Positions 57,768-64,000 of a stretch of DNA of 64,000 nucleotides are shown piece by piece. The notes under the pieces were generated by a model. That model ran no database searches, was not told where the DNA came from, and saw nothing but the letters and a program-made list of their open reading frames with translations. The DNA is taken from the NCBI GenBank assembly GCA_964636105.1, contig CAZWRD010000001.1:21917-85916 (forward strand), read 5' to 3'. Origin of the DNA: an uncultured Bacteroides sp. (GTDB lineage Bacteria; Bacteroidota; Bacteroidia; Bacteroidales; JACABE01). The position numbers and the translations under genes are program-made. The stretch's first letter is position 1, and every line of letters starts with the position of its first letter.

Positions 57768-58865
57768 TTATTTATCGCAATTTAGTGTAATTTTCACAAT
57801 AGTTCCAAGTCCTTGTTTGCTGGTAATACTAAAACTTCCATCAAAAAGTTTAATTATTCTTTTAGCAATCGTAATTCCAAGTCCAATTCCTAGTTGTTGA
57901 TTCATATCTTTATTAAACTGCATATAAGCCCCAATATCTGCTATTTGTTCTTCGCTCATCCCAATACCTTCATCAATAAAAGAAATATGCATTTTATTAT
58001 TTTCAATACCAGAAACAACTTTAATTATTGAATTTTTTGGTGAATATAAAATTGAATTTTCTAACATTTCCTTTAATAAATCTCGGTAAAATTGTTCAGG
58101 AATTTGTAATACAGCATCTTCTAATGACAATTTCAAGTCTTCAGTACGATTATATGCAGTTGCTAACTCATTGCATACTTCTTCAGTAATCAACTTAATA
58201 TTGGGTGAAAGCATTTGATGTAAATCTTTTATATCACCATTTTGAAGAGATAAAGATTCTAGTCTGTAAAAGAGCAGGGTTTTTAAAACTATCTTATTTA
58301 ACTTTAAACCAGCATTATAAATTAATGAAACAAATTCAATAATTTCATTTTTGGCCATCTGATTTTGCTCTGTTAATATCATGCTCGAAAAGCCAATAAT
58401 AGCTCTTAATGGTTCAGATATCTCTTTTGCAATTGGAGCACCCAGATTTAAAGTAAGCTCGTTAAGTTTTTTCTCGCTTCTGCGTTTAAATTCTTTAACT
58501 CTATTTAAACGAACTTCAACAGCCTGTATAACTTCTTCAATTGTAAAAGGTTTCGAAATATAATCATCAGCACCCATTTGCATACCTTTTCGTAAATCTT
58601 CTCTGGTATCTTTTGCCGTAAGAAAAATAAAAGGAATATTTACTGTTAAAATATTACGTCTTAATTCTTCAAGAACCTTAAAACCATCCATTTGCGGCAT
58701 CATAATGTCACAAATAATTAAATCGGGTTGTTTCTTGCGAGCTACATCAACACCAATGGTTCCATTTTCGGCTTGAAACATTTCATAACCTTCAGTCTCG
58801 AGAATTTCAATAATATTTTCGCGAACCTGTAGATTATCCTCAATAACTAGAATTTTTTCAGACAT
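57768..58865 (-). CDS. Receiver domain fused to a histidine-kinase-like module lacking the phospho-acceptor His
   Basis: The REC looks intact (LVIEDN, IICDIMMPQMDG, ISKPF). The DHp-like segment reads IAKEISEPLRAIIGFSSMI, with Lys where the H-box His is expected. The N box (MLENSILYS), G1 (DEGIGM) and G2 (GIGLGITI) are present. Confidence 0.75.
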   Translation of the reverse strand: MSEKILVIEDNLQVRENIIEILETEGYEMFQAENGTIGVDVARKKQPDLIICDIMMPQMDGFKVLEELRRNILTVNIPFIFLTAKDTREDLRKGMQMGADDYISKPFTIEEVIQAVEVRLNRVKEFKRRSEKKLNELTLNLGAPIAKEISEPLRAIIGFSSMILTEQNQMAKNEIIEFVSLIYNAGLKLNKIVLKTLLFYRLESLSLQNGDIKDLHQMLSPNIKLITEEVCNELATAYNRTEDLKLSLEDAVLQIPEQFYRDLLKEMLENSILYSPKNSIIKVVSGIENNKMHISFIDEGIGMSEEQIADIGAYMQFNKDMNQQLGIGLGITIAKRIIKLFDGSFSITSKQGLGTIVKITLNCDK

Positions 58866-58910
58866 AAAATAAAATTTTTACGAAATTACAATTTTTTCAT
58901 ATTAAATTGC

Positions 58911-58918
58911 TACATTTG
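58911..58918 (+). promoter_or_regulatory. -7 promoter box (TAcaTTTG) upstream of the REC-PAS-kinase gene
   Basis: Exact TAnnTTTG, 27 nt upstream of the ATG at 58945. Confidence 0.45.
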
Positions 58919-58944
58919 ATAAATATTTTTTAAAAATATTTTTT

Positions 58945-60552
58945 ATGCCTAAAAATGTATTGATAACAGAAGACGATGCAGTTTCTGCCAAATTTTTGCA
59001 GGAAACCTTAAAAAAATTAAATTATAATGTTGTTGAAATTGCGCAAACAGCCGAAGAATCAATAAGTAAAGCAATTGAGTATAATCCTGACATTGTAATA
59101 ATGGACATTAACCTTCCTGGCGAAATAGATGGGATAGAGGCAACAAAAAGAATAAGAACAACACTAAAAATTCCTGTTATTTATTTAACTGGAGCCGCCG
59201 ATACCGATACACTTGAACGTGCATTAAAAACAGAACCAAATGGTTATCTATTAAAACCTTTCAAAAAACAGGAATTATTTACAGTTATTGAAATGGCTCT
59301 TTATAGAGATTCATTGGAAAAAAAATTAAAAGCCAATGAACAATTAATGGCTCTAACCCTTGAGTGTATTGGAGATGGGTTAATTACAACAGATACTGAT
59401 GGATATGTTACACTTATAAATAAAGAAGCAGAAAAACTTACGGGTTATTTTCTAAAAGATATTAAAGGAAAAAAAATTACAGAAATTTATCCTGTAAAAA
59501 TTGAAGGTTCAGATAAATTTTTCCAAAATTTCTTATCGCTTCTTAATCATTATCAATATAATGAAGAAAATCAGGATTTGATTTTATTTTCAAAAAATCA
59601 TAATTATTTACCTATAAACCAAACAATAGCGCCTTTAAAAGATGAAAACAAAACAATAAAAGGCTATATAATTACTTTTAGAGACATTTCTTTGAAGAAA
59701 AAAGCGGAAGAAACTTTAAAAAGAATAAACGAAGAATTGGAAACAAGAGTTAATGAAAGAACCATTGAACTTAAAAATAAAAACAAAGAGCTTGAAAATG
59801 AAATTAATAAGCGAAACATCGTTGAACACAATCTTTATAAAGCTTTAGAAAAAGAAAAGGAGCTTAATGAATTGAAATCGAGAGTAGTAACAACAGTTTC
59901 GCATGAATTTAAAACACCTTTAACTTCTATTTTGAGCTCAGTGGAACTTTTGCAAAGATATGAAACGAAAGATCCTGTGGATGAAAAAATTAGCAAACAT
60001 TATGAATTTATCAAACGATCAGCAAAAGTTCTAACTCAAATGATAAACGACATGCTTTTGATAGAAAAGATTGAAGCTGATAAATATGAATTTCATTTTG
60101 AAAAAGAAAATATTGAAAGATTTACGAAAAGCATTATTGATGAGTTTAAAGAAAGTACAGGTAAAAATCACATATTTAAACTAATAACAGAAAATATTCC
60201 ACAAGAAACAGACATTGAAAAAACTTTATTGAGAAGGATTCTGAACAATTTAATTTCTAATGCAGTAAAATATTCAGAAGAAAGTTCCGAAATAAATATA
60301 TCTTTGAAGTACAAGAAAAAGAGTTTTGAAATTTCAATTTCAGATTCAGGGATTGGGATTCCTGAAGAAGATAAAAAACACTTATTCAATCTTTTCCATA
60401 GAGCAAAAAATGTTATGAATTACGATGGTACTGGTTTGGGATTATCAATAATTCAACGATCACTCGACTTACTTAAAGGAAATATTACGTTTAAAAGCGA
60501 ATTAGGGGTTGGTTCTACTTTTACTGTAGTTTTCCCCGATTCAAAAAAATAA
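58945..60552 (+). CDS. Hybrid REC-PAS-histidine kinase
   Basis: N-terminal REC (LITEDDA, VIMDINLPGEIDG, LLKPF), a PAS-like region (GDGLITTDTDGYVTLINKEAEKLTGY) and a coiled coil. H-box TVSHEFKTPLTSIL, N box NLISNAVKYS, G1 DSGIGI and G2 GTGLGLSI. Confidence 0.88.
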   Translation: MPKNVLITEDDAVSAKFLQETLKKLNYNVVEIAQTAEESISKAIEYNPDIVIMDINLPGEIDGIEATKRIRTTLKIPVIYLTGAADTDTLERALKTEPNGYLLKPFKKQELFTVIEMALYRDSLEKKLKANEQLMALTLECIGDGLITTDTDGYVTLINKEAEKLTGYFLKDIKGKKITEIYPVKIEGSDKFFQNFLSLLNHYQYNEENQDLILFSKNHNYLPINQTIAPLKDENKTIKGYIITFRDISLKKKAEETLKRINEELETRVNERTIELKNKNKELENEINKRNIVEHNLYKALEKEKELNELKSRVVTTVSHEFKTPLTSILSSVELLQRYETKDPVDEKISKHYEFIKRSAKVLTQMINDMLLIEKIEADKYEFHFEKENIERFTKSIIDEFKESTGKNHIFKLITENIPQETDIEKTLLRRILNNLISNAVKYSEESSEINISLKYKKKSFEISISDSGIGIPEEDKKHLFNLFHRAKNVMNYDGTGLGLSIIQRSLDLLKGNITFKSELGVGSTFTVVFPDSKK

Positions 60553-60585
60553 AAAAGGTTCTATATTTTATATAAAACCTTTTTT
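60551..60585. terminator. Bidirectional AT-rich hairpin terminator
   Basis: AAAAGGTT (60553-60560) pairs with AACCTTTT (60576-60583), with an inner TATAT/ATATA pairing. It lies between convergent genes. Confidence 0.55.
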
Positions 60586-60594
60586 ACAAATTCT

Positions 60595-62265
60595 TTAAAA
60601 CAAACCTGATATTACACCATCATTATCTATATCTATAATTTCAGCAGATGGTTCTTCGGGTAACCCAGGCATTCGCATAATGGTACCTGCAATCGGTATT
60701 ACAAAACCAGCTCCAGATGCCAATTGTACTTCTCTTATTTTTACAGTAAAACCCTTAGGTCTTCCTTTGCGATATTGATCATCGGATAAAGATTTTTGAG
60801 TTTTAGCCACACAAACTGGCAATTCTCCAAAACCCAATTCATTTATCTTCGCAATGTCAACTTTAGCCTGTACAGAATATTCAACATGATTAGCACCATA
60901 CATTTTGGTAGCGATTTCATTAATTTTTTCTTCTATTGTCCATTTAAAATCATACAATGGTTTAAAACAAGAAGAACAATCAGAAATAGAATCAATTACC
61001 ATTTGAGCAAGTTCTTTGGCTCCATCTCCGCCTTTCTCCCAACTTTCTACTAGTGAAACTTTTACATTAAGTTCAGCCGCTTTTTTCATTATTATTTCGA
61101 TTTCCGCAATTGTATCAGTTGAAAATTTATTGATTGCAATTACTGGCGAAATTCCATAATATCTTATATTTTCAACATGTTTTTCTAGATTCTCCAAACC
61201 GGCCATTAAAGCAGCTGTATTTTCTATATTCAAATCTTTCAATTTAACCCCACCATGATATTTTAAGGCTCTTATTGTAGCAACCAAAACAACAGCATTT
61301 GTTGACAAACCGCCATATTGACTTTTGATATTGAAGAATTTTTCGGCACCCAATTCTGATGCAAAACCAGCTTCTGTAACCACATAATCAGATAAAGACA
61401 AACCCATTTTGGTTGCAATTATTGAATTGGTACCTTGTGCAATATTTGCAAATGGTCCTCCATGAATAATTGCTGGATTACCTTCTATCGTTTGAACAAG
61501 ATTTGGCATTATTGCATCTTTCATTAAAGCAGCCATTGCGCCTTGTGCTTTTAAATCTCTGGCATATATGGGTTTGCCTTCATAAGTAAACCCAATAAAA
61601 ATATTTCCTAACTTATTCTTTAAATCTTCAATGTTTTTAGCTAAACATAAAGTAGCCATCACTTCAGATGCAGCTGTAATATCAAAACCAGTTTCACGAG
61701 GTACACCTTGCTTTGAACCACCTAATCCAATAACAATATCACGTAATGATCTCTCATTCATATCCATAACTCGTTTCCAACGGATGGTTCGGGGATCGAG
61801 ACCTAAATTGTGTTTTGTACTTTGAATATTATTATCAATTAAAGCAGATAAAAGATTATGCGCTTTTTCCACAGCAGAAATATCACCAGTAAAATGCAAG
61901 TTAATATCCTCCATTGGAAGAACTTGCGAAAAACCTCCTCCAGTTGCACCGCCTTTAATTCCAAACACTGGACCCAATGATGGTTCGCGTAAAACAACTG
62001 TTGCTTTTTTCCCAATTTTGTTTAAACCTTGAGTTAACCCAATTGAAGTAGTGGTTTTGCCTTCACCAGCTGGCGTAGGTGTTATTGCTGTAACCAAAAT
62101 CAATTTACTTTTTTTTACATTTTCTTCATTTATAAGTTTTAACGGTAGTTTTGCTTTGTATTTTCCATACAATTGCAAATCATCTTCTTCTATTCCAATA
62201 GATTTGGCTATTTGGACAATAGGTTTGATTTTAATTTCTTGTGCAATTTCGATATCACTTTTCAT
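60595..62265 (-). CDS. fhs: Formate--tetrahydrofolate ligase
   Basis: 556 aa. Motifs SDIEIAQ, TPTPAGEGKTTTSIGL, PSLGPVFGIKGGA.GGG and GFVIPI.G.IMRMPGLP. Confidence 0.96.
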   Translation of the reverse strand: MKSDIEIAQEIKIKPIVQIAKSIGIEEDDLQLYGKYKAKLPLKLINEENVKKSKLILVTAITPTPAGEGKTTTSIGLTQGLNKIGKKATVVLREPSLGPVFGIKGGATGGGFSQVLPMEDINLHFTGDISAVEKAHNLLSALIDNNIQSTKHNLGLDPRTIRWKRVMDMNERSLRDIVIGLGGSKQGVPRETGFDITAASEVMATLCLAKNIEDLKNKLGNIFIGFTYEGKPIYARDLKAQGAMAALMKDAIMPNLVQTIEGNPAIIHGGPFANIAQGTNSIIATKMGLSLSDYVVTEAGFASELGAEKFFNIKSQYGGLSTNAVVLVATIRALKYHGGVKLKDLNIENTAALMAGLENLEKHVENIRYYGISPVIAINKFSTDTIAEIEIIMKKAAELNVKVSLVESWEKGGDGAKELAQMVIDSISDCSSCFKPLYDFKWTIEEKINEIATKMYGANHVEYSVQAKVDIAKINELGFGELPVCVAKTQKSLSDDQYRKGRPKGFTVKIREVQLASGAGFVIPIAGTIMRMPGLPEEPSAEIIDIDNDGVISGLF

Positions 62266-62455
62266 TTTTCCTATTTTTATACTGTAATTTTCTTTTAGAA
62301 ATGACGCTTTTCGGTAAAACTGTCGAAAAAAATATTAAATCAGTAATAACTTCTAATGTTTTATAAACAAATGTATTACTAATATAAAAAACATTGAACA
62401 ATTTTTTTTGTTCATATTATTTTCTAGTTAAATACAATAATCCATTCAATTTTTA

Positions 62456-62463
62456 TACTTTTG
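62456..62463 (+). promoter_or_regulatory. -7 promoter box (TActTTTG) upstream of the phosphodiesterase gene
   Basis: Exact TAnnTTTG, 39 nt upstream of the ATG at 62502. It lies inside the TTG-extended ORF 62394.., which argues against that extension. Confidence 0.45.
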
Positions 62464-62501
62464 TTTTTGGAATTAAGAATCATTTTTATAAAGAATCAAG
62501 T

Positions 62502-63515
62502 ATGAGAAAATCAAGAATTTTGCTAATTGCATTTATATTTATTTCGCTTTTTACACAAATAAGAATACAAGCTCAGGATAAGTCATTTAAGTGCATCATT
62601 TTAGGAAATAGTGGCGGCACTGAGGGAAATATGTCTGCTTATATGTTATCTACACTTAAATCGGATAATTACATTTGTATTGATGCGGGAACATTACAAA
62701 ATGGGATTAGTAAAGCACTTAAAGAAAAAAGTTTCGGAAAATTTAAGCTTCCAAAAACAGAAAAACTAAATTCTGAAACTTATATTTTACAAAATTTCAT
62801 AAAAGGGTATTTGATTTCTCATGCTCATATTGATCATATTGCAGCGTTAGTAAGCAATGCCCCAATTGATAGCCGAAAATATATTTATGCCACACAATAT
62901 ACGATGGAAAATTTGAGTAATCATATATTTAACAATCGAATTGCTGCAAACTGGGCAAACGAAGGAACAAAAGAGCCTTTGAAGAAATATAAATATATTA
63001 CATTACCACAAAATCAGGATATTGAGCTAAATGAAACAGAGATGTCCGTTAAAACCTATTATACTAGTCATGGGAATGAATATATTTCATCTGCATTTTT
63101 AATCAAAGCTGGAAATAATCATTTTTTGTATTTCGGCGATTGTGGAAGTGATGAAATTGAACGGAACAATTATATGTTTGAAATATGGAACAATATAGCA
63201 AATCTGATTAAAGCAAAACAGCTAAATGCAATAATGATAGAATGCTCTTACCCCGACGAACAACCTGACAACATGCTTTATGGACATTTAAAACCCAGCC
63301 TACTTACCAAAGAATTGAATCAGTTAGCAAGAATAATTAATGAAAAAGAACCAGAAAAAGCTTTAAAAGGGTTGAAAATAATTATTTCGCATGTAAAAAC
63401 AAATGGCGATAAGAACGATAACTCTCTGAATACCATAAAATATCAACTGGAAAAAGGCAATAACCTAGATGTAAAATATATTTTTCCGGAACAAGGGGAA
63501 AAAATTGAATTTTAA
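62502..63515 (+). CDS. Exported class II 3',5'-cyclic-nucleotide phosphodiesterase (metallo-beta-lactamase fold)
   Basis: Signal peptide MRKSRILLIAFIFISLFTQIRIQAQD. Class II PDE signature region LISHAHIDHIAAL, then FGDCGSD and ISHVK. The overall length fits the PDEase_II family. Confidence 0.75.
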   Translation: MRKSRILLIAFIFISLFTQIRIQAQDKSFKCIILGNSGGTEGNMSAYMLSTLKSDNYICIDAGTLQNGISKALKEKSFGKFKLPKTEKLNSETYILQNFIKGYLISHAHIDHIAALVSNAPIDSRKYIYATQYTMENLSNHIFNNRIAANWANEGTKEPLKKYKYITLPQNQDIELNETEMSVKTYYTSHGNEYISSAFLIKAGNNHFLYFGDCGSDEIERNNYMFEIWNNIANLIKAKQLNAIMIECSYPDEQPDNMLYGHLKPSLLTKELNQLARIINEKEPEKALKGLKIIISHVKTNGDKNDNSLNTIKYQLEKGNNLDVKYIFPEQGEKIEF

Positions 63516-63526
63516 AGAAAACTAAA

Positions 63527-64000
63527 GTGAAAATAATCAGAATTATAATTTGTTTTTTTCTGATAGCATTTGCATTTAAATCGCAAAGTCAGATTAGTGA
63601 AGGAGGTACACCACCTTCATCTCTTTATGATATTGGCAAATCTGGTATCGAAACTATTGAAATTTACAAACCAGATTTAACCCAAATCTATATCGAAGAT
63701 TCAATATCAGAAAAAAACGGAGAAGCTTATAGAATGGGTATATTACTTAAAGTTGAAAAAAATATTTTAAACTCAGGTAATTGGACATATCTAAATAATG
63801 GTGATAAAATATGGAGATTAAGAATCAGAACCAAAGGTGCTTTGGCTACTTCATTGTATTTCAGTAAATTTTATTTACCAATTGGTTCAAAATTATTTCT
63901 TTATAACGACAACAAATCACAGGTAATTGGTAGTTTCACATATAAAAACAATCACAAGAGCGAATTATTCGCCACCGAACTAACAGAAGGTGAAGCTGTA
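63527..64000 (+). CDS. Secreted protein, 3'-truncated by the window edge (N-terminal region like Bacteroidota S1/lysyl-endopeptidase-type precursors)
   Basis: The frame is open from the GTG at 63527 to the window end and is not in the supplied track. Signal peptide VKIIRIIICFFLIAFAFKSQSQ. The pattern GGTPPS...W.L.I...GA...LYF..F.LP.GSKLF.YN resembles protease pro-regions I recall. The function call is weak. Confidence 0.5.
   Translation, partial: MKIIRIIICFFLIAFAFKSQSQISEGGTPPSSLYDIGKSGIETIEIYKPDLTQIYIEDSISEKNGEAYRMGILLKVEKNILNSGNWTYLNNGDKIWRLRIRTKGALATSLYFSKFYLPIGSKLFLYNDNKSQVIGSFTYKNNHKSELFATELTEGEAV

Noticed and set aside
62266-62393. Possible ZTP (pfl) or THF riboswitch upstream of fhs on the minus strand.
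   Set aside because: The conserved ZTP elements (GGGTCGTGAC-like and CCGCCTGGGCA-like) and the THF motif cores are absent. The region is almost pure AT with only one weak hairpin.
23-62501. N-terminal extensions from non-ATG or upstream starts in the ORF track (GTG 23, TTG 5947, TTG 29580, TTG 36072, TTG 62394, and upstream ATGs at 13067, 18301, 27488, 27873, 51706, 52870).
   Set aside because: In each case an internal ATG gives a canonical N-terminus (signal peptide, lipobox or conserved family start). It also removes overlap with a neighbouring gene or with a TAnnTTTG promoter box that would otherwise fall inside the ORF.
1-64000. Scan of the whole window for CRISPR arrays, tRNA/rRNA/tmRNA genes, transposases, integrases, phage genes, toxin-antitoxin pairs or known defence-system genes.
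   Set aside because: I found no regularly spaced direct repeats other than the 23-bp AT array and the intragenic protein repeats. I found no GC-rich cloverleaf-like islands (no GGTTCGAATCC-type T-arms). No ORF has recombinase, nuclease-helicase or other defence-type motifs that I could recognise. Absence is by eye only and should be confirmed with tRNAscan-SE, Infernal/Rfam and DefenseFinder/PADLOC.

Overview
This is an AT-rich, densely packed bacterial chromosome segment with about 50 genes. I assign it to Bacteroidota from internal evidence only. That evidence is: T9SS type A and type B C-terminal sorting domains, a SprE/PorW-like TPR lipoprotein, TAnnTTTG -7 promoter boxes 15-45 nt upstream of many start codons, a glsA/glsB-like lipoamino-acid pair, and a dcw cluster order without murF. 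The core content is a complete division/cell-wall cluster on the minus strand (mraZ-rsmH-ftsL-ftsI-murE-mraY-murD-ftsW-murG-[CMD insert]-murC-ftsQ-ftsA-ftsZ-yqeY, 29214 down to 12603). Other core genes are ahcY, dut, fhs, engB, acyl-CoA carboxyltransferase plus a biotin carrier, and a GGGPS-family prenyltransferase. The accessory and surface content has five parts. (1) Two paralogous T9SS type-B-CTD proteins whose 3' ends and terminators are nearly identical, flanking a small Rieske-like lipoprotein. (2) A 2685-aa T9SS type-A-CTD giant repeat protein, preceded by a TPR / LolB-like DUF4292 / EnvC-like degenerate-LytM trio. (3) A choice-of-anchor-J-like T9SS cargo. (4) A SprE/PorW-like gene followed by bactofilin, AtpZ-like and small membrane genes, with no ATP synthase genes downstream. 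(5) A signalling island of three receiver-containing proteins with no DNA-binding output: one multi-zinc-ribbon protein with a degenerate GGDEF-like end, one kinase-like protein lacking the phospho-acceptor His, and one REC-PAS-kinase. An exported class II cyclic-nucleotide phosphodiesterase lies two genes further on. I saw no rRNA, tRNA, CRISPR array, transposase, integrase or phage gene. Nothing here is an unambiguous new system. The signalling island, the gene-converted cargo pair and the giant adhesin are the best candidates for a second look. All function calls come from reading motifs by eye, because no searches could be run.
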